Assembly (NCBI GenBank): GCA_963799845.1
Contig: CAWCYI010000006.1
Coordinates: 1,472,001-1,536,000, forward strand
Length of the DNA stretch: 64,000 nucleotides
Origin: an uncultured Nitrososphaerota archaeon
Lineage (GTDB): Archaea; Thermoproteota; Nitrososphaeria; Nitrososphaerales; CADDZS01
Direction of reading: 5' to 3'
Shown: positions 10,224-20,936 of the stretch, one piece after another
How positions within the stretch are numbered: position 1 is the first letter of the stretch
Layout of the letters: every line of letters starts with the position of its first letter
Notes under the pieces: model-generated
What the model was told of the DNA's origin: nothing
Databases searched by the model: none
The model's input: the letters and a program-made list of their open reading frames with translations, nothing else
Made by a program: the position numbers and the translations under genes

Positions 10224-11462
10224 TTGACTCTAGACCTCTTTTTCTTACCTAATCCATATTTTAGGTTCCGGCTAATCCCGAGTGTTGTTCAGTCACTTTC
10301 GTTCGAAGATATCCTAAGATCCTTAAATCAGGATTCTGATTCAACGATTACTTTTGGGGAAAACTTCTCGAACAAAGTTCTCGCCAGATCGGCAGTTTCT
10401 CTTGACTCGGGCCGAGCGTCGCTCAAGCTTGCACTCGACTTGCTAGGAGTTGGGAGCGGGAATGAAGTCATAATACCGTCGCTGGTGTGTGGAGTAGTAG
10501 CCGACGCAATCAGGAGCGTGAAAGCAAATCCGGTATTGGTTGATGTTAACTCGTCAAATGGAACCTTAGATCCTGAAAAGCTTGAACATTGCATTACTCC
10601 GAGAACGAAGGCAATCATTCCCGTACACTACCAAGGGCTTCCTTGCGACATGGAAGCGATTTGCGAGATCAGCAGAAAATATGGGATCGCAGTTATTGAA
10701 GATTGTGCACATTCAATTGGATCAACTTACAGGAGCAAGCTCCTAGGAGGATTTGGTGATTTTGCCTTCTACAGTTTTGGTCCAGACAAACCAATTACTA
10801 CGGGTTACGGGGGGATGCTGACTACAGCGTCTTCAGAATCTGCTCAGCTTTTGAGCCGAAAGATCCATGAACTACCTCAAGCTAAGAAATCTGACAGGTA
10901 CCGAAATTTGAAGTCGTTAATTGAAACTAACTGTTTGCAAGTCAAGCAATGTTTCGGTATTTGCACTCTTTTTTATTATCCTTTTTTCAAAATGCCTTTA
11001 TCAATTACTAAGCCTCAGCATCTCGCTAACTATAGAATGATGTCTAATCTTTCGGCTAAAGTTGGAATGATTCAGCTATCTGAAATGGATTCATTGATCC
11101 AGAAACGAATTGAAAACAGCTCAAAGATAAGGAAAATGGTTGAGGAAAATCAGAATTTGAAACAAATTGAACCGAGCAACGAAATCAAGCCTGTGTTCTT
11201 GCGATATACGGTATTGGCGAGAGATCAAACCTCGCGAGACAAATTAATGAAAAACTTCAAACGTCATGGAATTGAAGCTGGTCCAATCAACTGGAGGGTA
11301 CCATTACATCGCTCTGCCTACTATCGCCAAATTTGCCAAATAGGAAACGATTATGAGGGCACTGATAACTTCTGTGAAAAATTTCTCAACCTACCTTGTC
11401 ATCCTTTTTTGCGCGAAAAGGACCTAATCTCAATCAAAAACGTTCTCTCGGAAAATCTTTAG
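10224..11462 (+). CDS. Second DegT/DnrJ/EryC1/StrS aminotransferase (divergent)
   Basis: SGRASLKLAL, IEDCAHSIG and YSFGPDKPITTGYGG motifs. Confidence 0.9.
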   Translation: MTLDLFFLPNPYFRFRLIPSVVQSLSFEDILRSLNQDSDSTITFGENFSNKVLARSAVSLDSGRASLKLALDLLGVGSGNEVIIPSLVCGVVADAIRSVKANPVLVDVNSSNGTLDPEKLEHCITPRTKAIIPVHYQGLPCDMEAICEISRKYGIAVIEDCAHSIGSTYRSKLLGGFGDFAFYSFGPDKPITTGYGGMLTTASSESAQLLSRKIHELPQAKKSDRYRNLKSLIETNCLQVKQCFGICTLFYYPFFKMPLSITKPQHLANYRMMSNLSAKVGMIQLSEMDSLIQKRIENSSKIRKMVEENQNLKQIEPSNEIKPVFLRYTVLARDQTSRDKLMKNFKRHGIEAGPINWRVPLHRSAYYRQICQIGNDYEGTDNFCEKFLNLPCHPFLREKDLISIKNVLSENL

Positions 11463-11490
11463 GCATGATTTCATTCTAAATTAATGGAAT

Positions 11491-12537
11491 TCATCTTCTC
11501 AAGTGAGTGAAACGTCTGCTTTTAACCACTAAATTGTGAAATGCTTCGGAAGAGTAGTACATCCGAGAAGCAAGTGAGTAGGTTTTTCCCAGAAGATAGA
11601 CCGGAGTCGAAACTTTAACACCACCCCATTTGTTTTTGAAATCATAGATTCCCGACAAAGCCTTGAACTTGCTTGATGACGCCCCGAAGAGATCGAATAA
11701 CTTCGCATTATGACTTTGACCCCAAACAATTGAATTCCAGAGCAACGCATCGTTAGGTTGATAGCTCAGAAACTTAGGCGTCGAGGCATTCCTAAACCAC
11801 TGCATGCTACCATACGCAGCGTACAGTAGGGAGCCAGCCACAACCTCGTTATTAACAAGAGCGACCAAAAGCACGCACTTGCTTTTTGGTCTAAGCGTTG
11901 AATGAATTGCTCTTAAAGTATCTTCAGATAACATCATGTGAGGATACCCCTTCCTAATAGTTTCTTGTTTTTGAATTTGGAAGTAGGATTCCCATAGACG
12001 TAGGTCGTTTGTTTCTACGACTTTGACACTCTTTTTCTCTGCATTTTTGACTCCCCATCGCGCAGACTTCGAGATGTTTTCCCAGATCGTATTTTGTTCT
12101 GCCGTGAGGTTTATGAGAAAAGTGAAGCGTTCCGAATAGATTCCATCAAAGATTCTACTCTGTTCGGGAGCAAAGTAAGGACTGAACAGAAAGCTGCCGA
12201 AATTAGACCTTTTCTTCCAAAGTGAAATTAGGCGCATTAACATTTCGTTTGCAAGTGATTCGGATCCTGGCGAGTATATGGGACCTCCTGCGCTCATGAC
12301 GGCCGCACCGAGGCGAAGTCTCCTTTCCCATATTCGAATTCCCGCGATTTCATTTTTGCTTCCTCTGGCGATCACAAAGAAGCTATTTTCCGATTCAAAA
12401 TCATTTGCGATTTTTGCCCAATCGACATCCTGAAACAGACTGAAATACTTGCTTGTTTCAGCTATTTTATTCCATAGATTTACATCCAAATCATTTAGCG
12501 AACTGGTCGTAAGATCAATTAATGTCATATTTCTCAA
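11491..12537 (-). CDS. FemAB/FemX-like GNAT (peptidyl/acyltransferase) family protein
   Basis: TFLINL...IWENISKSARWGVKNAEK, PNDALLWNSIVW, FDLFG and GIYDFKNKWGG motifs. Confidence 0.85.
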   Translation of the reverse strand: MRNMTLIDLTTSSLNDLDVNLWNKIAETSKYFSLFQDVDWAKIANDFESENSFFVIARGSKNEIAGIRIWERRLRLGAAVMSAGGPIYSPGSESLANEMLMRLISLWKKRSNFGSFLFSPYFAPEQSRIFDGIYSERFTFLINLTAEQNTIWENISKSARWGVKNAEKKSVKVVETNDLRLWESYFQIQKQETIRKGYPHMMLSEDTLRAIHSTLRPKSKCVLLVALVNNEVVAGSLLYAAYGSMQWFRNASTPKFLSYQPNDALLWNSIVWGQSHNAKLFDLFGASSSKFKALSGIYDFKNKWGGVKVSTPVYLLGKTYSLASRMYYSSEAFHNLVVKSRRFTHLRR

Positions 12538-12550
12538 ATAATTTCCGTCA

Positions 12551-13186
12551 TCAGATTTTGGAACTTAGCGCAAATATCTCGTATCCCTTACCATCGGGAA
12601 CTATTTTTTCATAGTCGTCAGTTATTTTGGTTTCGATGAATCCTGGGACAGTTAGATTTACGTCAAATAATTTCCTGAATGGAAAGATAATCAGATCTTG
12701 AATTAAGACGCCCAATGCTACCGAAAAACTGGCTGAGCTGAAGATCGAGAGGCATTTGAATCCCGTTCTGCTGAGCATTTGATCTATCGTTTTAATGCTG
12801 TAATGTCTATGACGGCCTATGTAGATAGCCGGATCGAGAAGGCGATAAATAACAATGTCATTCGGCGTTGTCAATATCATCTTGCCTCCTTTTCTCATGA
12901 CTCTTTGAATCTCTATGAGTGATTGGATTTCTGAGCCAGCTGGTAAGTGCTCGATCACGTCAGTGAAAAAGACTAAATCAAAAATATTTGATCTAAGGGG
13001 GAGCATCAGAGCGTCCGCGGTAATGTCAGGACGTGATTCCCTTTCAATATCGATGTTTATGCACGCGAGGCGGGTCGCCTTCGAGCCGACCGACAAGGAT
13101 AGCCCCCAGTCGTCTTTCGCTAGTAATTTTACACTTTGAAGGCGACCTGGAACAGTTGAAGCAGTCCTACTACTACCGAAAGCCAA
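12551..13186 (-). CDS. Methyltransferase type 11-like
   Basis: ADALMLPLRSNIFDLVFFTDVIEHL and RVMRKGGKMILTTPN motifs; motif I is degenerate. Confidence 0.82.
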   Translation of the reverse strand: MAFGSSRTASTVPGRLQSVKLLAKDDWGLSLSVGSKATRLACINIDIERESRPDITADALMLPLRSNIFDLVFFTDVIEHLPAGSEIQSLIEIQRVMRKGGKMILTTPNDIVIYRLLDPAIYIGRHRHYSIKTIDQMLSRTGFKCLSIFSSASFSVALGVLIQDLIIFPFRKLFDVNLTVPGFIETKITDDYEKIVPDGKGYEIFALSSKI

Positions 13187-13193
13187 GACTTCT

Positions 13194-15452
13194 CTACAAC
13201 CCGAGCATCCTATTCCGCTTCATCCGGAAAAATCCAAACAATACAAGAACAGAAATAAAAGACGCCCCACTTACATAATCACCAACTATCTGGGCTTTTT
13301 GGGGAAGATAGTTGATCATTATGGTTCCATTCCCCGGACTCAACACCCAACCGTTGGCGTATTCGTTTACTTCAATATGACTCAATATTTTATTTGAGGA
13401 ATTCGTCGCGGTCCAAAGTGCAGAATATGATTCTGAAAACACCAAAACCGAAGTAGTCTTAGAAGAATACGTAACTCTGAATTGTGTACCGCTCAAGGTG
13501 TCCACTTGGATTTGCGGAGTCGCATTAGAATTATCTATGGAACTTAATGTTTGCCTTTCTGTTTGATTTGCAAATACTACACTTTCGATAGATCCTTGAT
13601 TTATTTGATTCTGCAGATCCGCCAATGAATCCACAAATTTCACATTAGTACTTGTGTAGAATAAACCCGTTTCATTCGTGTTGGATACCTCATATACTGT
13701 CAGCTGTCCAAATTGACCTACCTCATTTATGCTCTTTTGAGTGGTTAGAAAATTGTGATAGCCGAGTAGCTCCTGCGGCGTGAGTACGTTAAGCAAAGTA
13801 TTATTGTCAATTGAATTATCATATACAATGTACCTGACGTTCATTAGGTTCAAGAGTGATGCGGCGGCACTATCATTGCTCTCAATTAAGTTGTAAATTG
13901 TCTGGACAAGTGAATCTCCAGGTGCGAGATTGAAGTAGCTGACTGGAGATATTACTGGCCGGGCGAAGGCATACCACCAATAAAACGAGACTGGTCCTTC
14001 GTAGTTCCAGTCTGTTGACATGTATGTCTCGACTCTAGGAAGGATGATTATCCTGAAAAACCCGCTTTTCGAATTCAACCACGCGTTCAGCTGGCCGTAG
14101 TATTCAGGAACTGCGACGCCTCTTTGTGTTGGAGCATACCAATTAGTAACAACTGCGCCCGTAGCAACTGGCCAGCCAGCAATAACGATCGATGAAACTA
14201 TCCCTAAGATACAAAAGGTCATCAATGCTTTCCTGACTGACTTGCTGAGATCAGAATTCCTTACCCAACCGATTATGCCAACTACAAACACTGATACCAA
14301 AATGCTCAGTGCAATTTGCGAGATTGGAAGAAAAAATGTCGGATCTGCGAAGAACCTGAAAGGGTAGAAATTCTGGAGCAACCAAGTATAAATCTCCCCA
14401 GCGGGCACCCCGCTGCCTTTCGCGAAGAAAATTGTGACAAGAGCTGTTAGAGATAGGAAAAAATTCTTTCCGTTTCTAAAAAACAATAAAGTTCCAAAGG
14501 CCATAATCGGAACCGCAATCGTACTTATAATAACCACTGAATTCGTATAGTAGACCGGTGAGTACGCGACGTAAAGTTTACCAAAGGATCCTTGTTCATT
14601 AGCGAACCCCCAAGAGGCAAGCATTCGAAGAGAATCCAGCAAATTCAAATTGAGAACTGTTGTTGAGACAGGCCTAGTGGCCAAAGTAGCAGAGGCGACC
14701 CCAAGGTTGTAGATTTGAGGCAACAACCACCAAGCATTGAATAATATCGTGAACACGGATGAACTGAAAAGCATTTTCAGACCGAGAGCAAAGCTGCTCC
14801 TCTCGGCTATCAGAAGATATACTACGTAACAGATCATTAGAATCCAAAGCAGGATTGCGTATTCTATGACAGGAAAACTGAGAAACAAAATCGGTGAAAT
14901 GAAGGCTATCGTCAATGAAAACCAACTTGTCCGGTTTCGGATTCCATGAAGAAACAGAGCTAAAGAGAGCATGATCGCGCCAAGCTCTAAGACTCCTTGA
15001 AGTACACTTTCCATTCCATATATTACCAGAACCGGACTGAAAGAAACCGCTATTGCGGCAACTAATCCAACTGTTCTTCTATGTTCGCTGACAAATTCCC
15101 GTGCAAGGAAATAGCAAGCAAAGGCAAGGAAGAATAATGATGTCGCAACAAATGTTTTCATTACTTCAGTTTCGTTAAACCCAATAGACCGTAAGGTATC
15201 AAAAAAGAACGGCGTTATGGTATTTTCCAACGGTTGTATGTTGGGGTATCCTCCGTTCGCTCGAGGATCCCAAGTGCTCAGTGTTGCATGGGAAGCCAAT
15301 GGCCAAGTTGTATCGCCTTGCATTAGAGTATAAGGAGAAGGAAACCAAAAAAATACACGCGCACTAAGCAAAGCGAGCAGTACAATATCTTGGACAAATT
15401 CGTTTCTAATGATTAGATTTACCGAATGCGATATACGTTCTATTTTCATCAT
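13194..15452 (-). CDS. Large GT-C-type membrane protein (AftD/DUF3367-like) with extracellular C-terminal domain
   Basis: About 12 TM helices; QGDT-W, NAWWLLP, VPEYY, LNLMNVRYIVYDNS and VFSESYSALW...NEYANGW motifs; terminal TM. Confidence 0.7.
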   Translation of the reverse strand: MMKIERISHSVNLIIRNEFVQDIVLLALLSARVFFWFPSPYTLMQGDTTWPLASHATLSTWDPRANGGYPNIQPLENTITPFFFDTLRSIGFNETEVMKTFVATSLFFLAFACYFLAREFVSEHRRTVGLVAAIAVSFSPVLVIYGMESVLQGVLELGAIMLSLALFLHGIRNRTSWFSLTIAFISPILFLSFPVIEYAILLWILMICYVVYLLIAERSSFALGLKMLFSSSVFTILFNAWWLLPQIYNLGVASATLATRPVSTTVLNLNLLDSLRMLASWGFANEQGSFGKLYVAYSPVYYTNSVVIISTIAVPIMAFGTLLFFRNGKNFFLSLTALVTIFFAKGSGVPAGEIYTWLLQNFYPFRFFADPTFFLPISQIALSILVSVFVVGIIGWVRNSDLSKSVRKALMTFCILGIVSSIVIAGWPVATGAVVTNWYAPTQRGVAVPEYYGQLNAWLNSKSGFFRIIILPRVETYMSTDWNYEGPVSFYWWYAFARPVISPVSYFNLAPGDSLVQTIYNLIESNDSAAASLLNLMNVRYIVYDNSIDNNTLLNVLTPQELLGYHNFLTTQKSINEVGQFGQLTVYEVSNTNETGLFYTSTNVKFVDSLADLQNQINQGSIESVVFANQTERQTLSSIDNSNATPQIQVDTLSGTQFRVTYSSKTTSVLVFSESYSALWTATNSSNKILSHIEVNEYANGWVLSPGNGTIMINYLPQKAQIVGDYVSGASFISVLVLFGFFRMKRNRMLGL

Positions 15453-15517
15453 AAATTTGCCCGTTTCTTGGAGAATAGTTTTCGTGTGACCAGTTGCAGC
15501 AATATTTTTTCGTGAAT

Positions 15518-16330
15518 CTAACTACGAGATCCCAAAACAAGGCCAGCGAATTCAATTGATTTCAAAAATATCAAGCCGAATCCATACTTTGGAGATCCGC
15601 TGATCATCATGATCATCGAATCGGACCGAATCAATCGCGATGGTGAAAGTTGGCGTCTTGCACGAATTTGATTTTTTGCTGTATATTGATGTATAGTACG
15701 GCCGTAATGGTACTTCTTCAAGAACATCTTGCGTAGTGAGACTAGTCCTTCATTGTGCCAGATAATGCTACTGGTACGACCCACTGTGAAATGTCGATCC
15801 GAAAGCTTCCTATGGATATCCCAATCTTCTCCCGCTTCTAAACCTTCGTCGTATCCCTTTATTTCGAAAAAACGATCCTTGTTGAAAAAGCAGGGTGATT
15901 CGATTAATTCATTACCCAGATAGATTCTCTTCTCAAGCGCAATACACTTAGACCAAAAACCTCTTCCGAAAGATAGTTCCGGAACTATAATAGCTGAAAA
16001 TGTCCCGCTTTCGCAAATTGAAACCGATTCTTCAATGACATTTTGTTCGAGCTCCATATCTGAATCAATAAACATCACATACTTGCCCCGCGACTTTTCA
16101 GCCGCGATATTTCTTGCTTTACTTCGTTTCTCTCCGCTTTCCAAAACAGTATCAGCATACTTATTTGCAAATGAAATTGTTGTATCAATGCTAAATCTAT
16201 CTATTACGATAATTTCTGTATTCGTATACGACTGGGATCTTATCGATTGAAGACAATCCGAGATAGTCTCGCCTGAATTGAAGGTTGGGACTACTACTGA
16301 TACAACTATGTCGTTGTATTCCAAGCCCAT
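15518..16330 (-). CDS. GT2 glycosyltransferase
   Basis: VSVVVPTFNS, IIVID, FIDSD and GEDWD motifs. Confidence 0.92.
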   Translation of the reverse strand: MGLEYNDIVVSVVVPTFNSGETISDCLQSIRSQSYTNTEIIVIDRFSIDTTISFANKYADTVLESGEKRSKARNIAAEKSRGKYVMFIDSDMELEQNVIEESVSICESGTFSAIIVPELSFGRGFWSKCIALEKRIYLGNELIESPCFFNKDRFFEIKGYDEGLEAGEDWDIHRKLSDRHFTVGRTSSIIWHNEGLVSLRKMFLKKYHYGRTIHQYTAKNQIRARRQLSPSRLIRSDSMIMMISGSPKYGFGLIFLKSIEFAGLVLGSRS

Positions 16331-16388
16331 TATCTTCCGAAGCAGTTTAGATTAATCTTTTGTCAAGCAGGATTATTGGTATGCGATC

Positions 16389-17132
16389 TCATCTTTTAGA
16401 GTAGATCATTTCCTTACGTATACGATTGTGGAAGCCTTGGGCTTTCAAGGATTTAATCAAAGGTTTTGGATTACCGTGGAATTCAATTGCGCAGGCTTTG
16501 ATGTTAGGAGCGAGTCTTCCCGTGAGAACCGGGTACTCACATCCTTCGCAATCCATCTTCAGAAAGACTTCTTTGTCCTTATTTAATAGGCAAATATGAT
16601 TAATTTCTTCGGCTGAAGAAACTGACTTGTTATACAGCGTAATGACTCCATCAAGCGAGTTCTGTTTTACATTTTCAACTGCAATTCCAAATCGCTCATT
16701 GTCAGGCTCATACGCAAATACATAAGCGCCTTCGAGTGCAAAATGTATTGCGCTATCACCAATAGACGCTCCTATATCTATCGCAATTTTTCCCCTAAGG
16801 AGAAGAATGTCATAGATTTTGTCCAAGAAAATCTCGTCTATAACATGCGAATAACCTGTTGTCAGCATTTTCAGCTTGATGCCCCCTTGCAGGTTTACAA
16901 TGGGAGACCCTTCTCTTAGATCATAAGAAATTCCTTTAGACATACAGTGCAGGCTATAGAGCTTTTCGTAAAATTCAAGGTGTATTGAATTGCTTACGAA
17001 AGAGGTTTCACCATTTCGAAATATCACTACTGTTGAGTGTTTTATTCCAGAATAGACCACCAAGACTGAAACCCAATTCCTAACGTATTTCCTTAGCATT
17101 AAGACCCCTCTAACACTCTTAAGATGGGGCAA
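16389..17132 (-). CDS. FkbM family methyltransferase
   Basis: IDIGASIGDS, AYEP, LKMDCEGCE and IEFH motifs. Confidence 0.9.
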   Translation of the reverse strand: MPHLKSVRGVLMLRKYVRNWVSVLVVYSGIKHSTVVIFRNGETSFVSNSIHLEFYEKLYSLHCMSKGISYDLREGSPIVNLQGGIKLKMLTTGYSHVIDEIFLDKIYDILLLRGKIAIDIGASIGDSAIHFALEGAYVFAYEPDNERFGIAVENVKQNSLDGVITLYNKSVSSAEEINHICLLNKDKEVFLKMDCEGCEYPVLTGRLAPNIKACAIEFHGNPKPLIKSLKAQGFHNRIRKEMIYSKR

Positions 17133-17372
17133 CAGCTCGAAGATTGAATTTTTTCATTTAAGACTTTGGCAATTATGAGTGTAGGTTATTCGTTTTTTGA
17201 CTTGTTGGTTTGATAAACTGCCACAGATATAGGAATATTTAACAGGAGTATAGGGAAACGAATTACTTTCTGTCTTGAGGTAAAAGACCATTGTCAGCAA
17301 GATTGATTTAAAGAATCCAACTGCTGTTCACAGACTTGAGTGGAATAGCGAGCTGTATCAAAATTTTCGAGT

Positions 17373-18221
17373 CTACCATCGTAAGATTGGCTGGTAATTT
17401 TTCCTTCTTAATTCCAAATTACGCTGGTACCAATGTCTAATTCTCAACCGATATGCTATTCCTAACACGTCAATAAACATTCGAACTATGTTCTTATTTC
17501 TAAAATTGGATTCTAACTTGACGTTCGCAGGTAGTTCAACGATACGTAGTTTTAGTAATTTCGCAACTGTCAAGAGCTCCACGTCGAACGCATAATGCTT
17601 GACCGAAATCAATGGAACAATCTTCTGAAGAGCACTCTGCCTAAATATTTTGAACCCGGCTTGAGTATCGGAAAGTGGCAGCGACAACATCACTCGCACA
17701 AAAGTATTAAACCCGATGCTCAGGAATTTTCGCTTTACACCCGCGTTCACACGAGCTCCCGGAACTCGTTTTGATGCAATCGCCACATCGCAGCTTCTTG
17801 TCGCCGCTAAGTACTGGTTTAGATCAACTGGCACCGCTTGTAAGTCTCCATCGGCCAAAATTATCGATTCGCCAGTTGCGAATCTAAAACCATAGAGTAG
17901 AGCCTCTCCCTTTCCTCTGTTATCTTTGTACCCAACAGCTCGGACTCTTCGATCTTGAATCATGCATGCTTTTTCTAGAGTACTATCAGTAGAACCGTCG
18001 TCAACTATGACAAGCTCAAAACTGGGCAACAGCTCACCAAACTTTGTAATCGCTTTATCGACAAGATCAGTTATTGAGGCAGCTAGATTGTAAACGGGCA
18101 TCACAATCGAGACTGCAGGTTTCTGAATTTGACCTTCTGTGACCTCATGTTCCGTCGACGGCCGCTGGATTTCGATTACATCAGTTCTCTGCAAATTAGA
18201 CGGCCTAGGCTCGATCACCAA
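17373..18221 (-). CDS. GT2 dolichyl-phosphate glycosyltransferase (Alg5/DPM-like)
   Basis: VSIVMPVYN, VDDGSTD, NRGKGEA, DGD, DTQAGFK and FDVELL motifs. Confidence 0.9.
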   Translation of the reverse strand: MVIEPRPSNLQRTDVIEIQRPSTEHEVTEGQIQKPAVSIVMPVYNLAASITDLVDKAITKFGELLPSFELVIVDDGSTDSTLEKACMIQDRRVRAVGYKDNRGKGEALLYGFRFATGESIILADGDLQAVPVDLNQYLAATRSCDVAIASKRVPGARVNAGVKRKFLSIGFNTFVRVMLSLPLSDTQAGFKIFRQSALQKIVPLISVKHYAFDVELLTVAKLLKLRIVELPANVKLESNFRNKNIVRMFIDVLGIAYRLRIRHWYQRNLELRRKNYQPILRW

Positions 18222-18438
18222 GCCAGCGAATAATGTTATTAAAATCTTATCTAGTCAAAATCCATTGATTGTAGGGTTCGTTCCCTCCAAAGTCGCTATG
18301 TTGTTTTCGGTTAGCACTGGAAAGGATCTATTGATTATGGCTATTTCATTTGTAACGAAGGCTCACCCAATCAGATTTTATTTTCTGCAATTCTATCGGT
18401 CAATTCTCAGAACAACAGGGGCGAAATCAAAATAGGAT

Positions 18439-18906
18439 ATGAATGAGATCTTTTCGCAAATTGAGATTAGTGCTACGCCCAACCAGGTATGGCAGATCCT
18501 CATGGATTTCGAATCATACCCAAGATGGAATCCATACATTCGATATGCAAGAGGGACGCCGGTCGTTGGAAAAAGAATCGAAGTACACACCCAACCCGAA
18601 GGCTCGCGAAAGCTAGTCTTTCACCCCCTTATTCTAAGGCTTGAGGAAAACGCCGAGCTGAGCTGGCGGGGGTCTCCGCTCCCAAGATTCCTCTTTTCGG
18701 GAGAGCATATTTTCTTACTCCAACCGAAAAGTCCTGGGATTACTAGCTTTATCCAGCACGAGATTTTTACCGGTCTACTTGTCCCGTTCCTGAGGAGGAC
18801 TTTGGACAAGCGGACATTAGAAGGATTTCGCAAAATGAATGAGGCCCTGAAAAGAAGAGCAGAGGAAGTAAATGGAGGCCCAACACCTCTTGCAAATAAT
18901 AATTAG
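18439..18906 (+). CDS. SRPBCC (polyketide cyclase/START-like) domain protein
   Basis: IEISATPNQVWQILMDFESYPRWNP, GEHIF and F..MNEALKRRAE motifs. Confidence 0.9.
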   Translation: MNEIFSQIEISATPNQVWQILMDFESYPRWNPYIRYARGTPVVGKRIEVHTQPEGSRKLVFHPLILRLEENAELSWRGSPLPRFLFSGEHIFLLQPKSPGITSFIQHEIFTGLLVPFLRRTLDKRTLEGFRKMNEALKRRAEEVNGGPTPLANNN

Positions 18907-19027
18907 GCAGCCAACTCAGTCAATCGATTAATATGCAAACTCCAACAAAGAAATAGAGCTAAAACGAGGATTCATCAGCTTCGCTTACAGCTTTTCAAGT
19001 AGGAGTTCCCATTGATTCATAAAGAAA

Positions 19028-19151
19028 AAAATTCTGCCGTTTCGCAGCTGCGCGATATCGTTTTGACGGGAGAGCTTGTTTCAAGCTCTGTTCAATTAAA
19101 ACAGCTTGTTTCACCTGTCTGGAGCTTAAATAGAGCTCGAACGTGGCTGAA
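19028..19151 (+). repeat. Dispersed palindromic repeat, copy 1
   Basis: GAGCTTGTTTCAAGCTCTGTTCAATTAAAACAGCTTGTTTCACCTGTCTGGAGCTTAAATAGAGCTCGAACGTGGCTGAA matches the copies at 35.6 and 37.0 kb; the upstream ~45 nt also match copy 2. Confidence 0.9.
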
Positions 19152-19359
19152 TGAAAGCGCCTATTTGAAAACTGGCATCGACTAGAGATGGTTGGATCAG
19201 GCAATCAAACAAGTCGCTATTGTTTGGTTGACAGAAAGAATTCCCTCCTTTAGTTGATTGGAGAAAACGTTTGCTGATTGAATTACCATGATGATCGAGT
19301 TGCTGCTTGAATTGATCGAAGATGAACGATGTCGGGGCGTGGTTTCCTTGCGCTCAAGA

Positions 19360-19655
19360 CTACGAGCATGATACCGAGTCTTCGGAATGAGCGATCACGA
19401 CAGTCGGGGCCTTCTCTATTCCAGCAGCTTTAAGCGCGACCATGGGCTGAGTCTCGTACTCAAGTTCGGCAAAGATCTGCTTTTTCACTAGTTCGTGGTA
19501 GAGGTTATGATCCCTTGTGAGTATGACGTAATCAAATCCAAGATCCTCCAGTTTTTCTGCGCCGTATCGTCCAAGGTGGCTGTATCCGAATACAATCACT
19601 TGGTCTTTTAGTTTGGTTAAGAGTCTCTTTTCAGCTTCGCCCTTCCAGATCGGGC
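19360..19655 (-). pseudogene. TrkA-N/RCK (K+ channel NAD-binding) fragment
   Basis: KDQVIVFGYSHLG and LKAAGIEKA.TVVIA motifs; no start codon or TM part. Confidence 0.75.
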
Positions 19656-19729
19656 TCTAAGTTAACTAACACGGCCGGGAGGGTTTAATAGACCTACATT
19701 ATCACCTCCGTGTAAGGTAGTCGCGATCA

Positions 19730-19834
19730 ATGGTCAACTGTGCAAAATGTGGAAAAGAAATTCCCGCCGGGCAAGAGGTAAAGAAAGGTTTCATAAGCAA
19801 GAAAAGCTATCACAAGGAATGCGCCCCTAATTAA
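19730..19834 (+). CDS. 34-aa LIM-like (CxxC-x20-HxxC) zinc-finger microprotein A
   Basis: Manual translation MVNCAKCGKEIPAGQEVKKGFISKKSYHKECAPN; AGGTAG upstream; paralog 240 nt downstream. Confidence 0.8.
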   Translation: MVNCAKCGKEIPAGQEVKKGFISKKSYHKECAPN

Positions 19835-19969
19835 GAAGCAGGCTATACATCCGAACAAATAACCTGCATGTCACATTGTGGGCTCACTACGATCTGTGCT
19901 AGAGTCAAGATAGGGAGAGAGATTTGATACATCCGCATCAATGTCCGTGTGGGGCGAGGTAAAGTTGCA

Positions 19970-20074
19970 ATGGCCAACTGTGCAAAATGTGGAGGAAGAA
20001 TTCCTGACGGACAAGAGGTAAAGAAAGGATTTCTAATGAAGAAAAGCTACCATAAAGAATGCTCACCCAAGTGA
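19970..20074 (+). CDS. 34-aa LIM-like zinc-finger microprotein B
   Basis: Manual translation MANCAKCGGRIPDGQEVKKGFLMKKSYHKECSPK; GAGGTA upstream. Confidence 0.8.
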   Translation: MANCAKCGGRIPDGQEVKKGFLMKKSYHKECSPK

Positions 20075-20936
20075 CAAATTATCCGAAAAATAGCCTTGAG
20101 ATGGCCAGCGAAGAGTGCGCTTTGGAATTGAAATACTTCTTCTGCTTCCACGGATGCACAAACGAGTTTTCCATACATTTAGTTTAGACACAAAGACTTA
20201 TGCTCGTGCTTGCTGAAACCACGAGAAGGTCAGTGCATGCAAGCGCGTTTTCAGAAGAAATCGAAAGCGACCCACTTTGCTAGAAATTTCTTTCCCCATT
20301 TTTTCATTCACTCCCATAGTAATCCCGGACACGCGATTATTAGATTAACCTCAGTGCCAAGGCAATTCGTAGGTAAGCTTCTTGAATTGAGTACCGCATC
20401 TCTTGATATGGCGGCGTATTTTCTTGGGGCTGATGAGTTTGCCGCATTTCGGGCAGGTTGGCATTAAAATTTCTATTCTTGGTCTCTGGGTACTTGGATA
20501 AAAATTACATGGTTACTAGTTCCTTTTGTTATGGAAATAAAGCAAAGTAGCACTTCGCTGATTTTTTCGTCTAGTTAAACTACTTAATTCGGTATGGTTA
20601 GAAGTATGCGATGTAAAGTATGTCCTACTGAAATATCCGATTCGATTTGACCAAACAGGTAATCTTGATGTATGGGCTTGTTTTAGAGTAACTGGAAGTC
20701 GAGTGTTGTGCTATTGGAAGTATATTCAAGTTACTAGAAAGATTCTACCTGAATACGATTGAGGATGAGCTTTGTTTTTTATCTTCGATAGTCCGACCAG
20801 CAAGTACCAAGTTGGACTACCTTATGCCACCTAACGTTAGTTCGGTGGGACAGGAGAGTTCATTAGACCAAGCTAGGGATGACCTCAAGATCATATCTCT
20901 TGATCGTCCTAATTTCTCCACTTCGATTTTTGGAAA

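Noticed and set aside
18995-19204. Similar short ORFs at 18995..19204 and 35552..35746 as a protein family
   Set aside because: The similarity comes from the non-coding palindromic repeat; starts and ends are unrelated
20100-20930. AT-rich 0.8-kb gap with weak ORF 20210..20467
   Set aside because: No recognisable motif, repeat or structure
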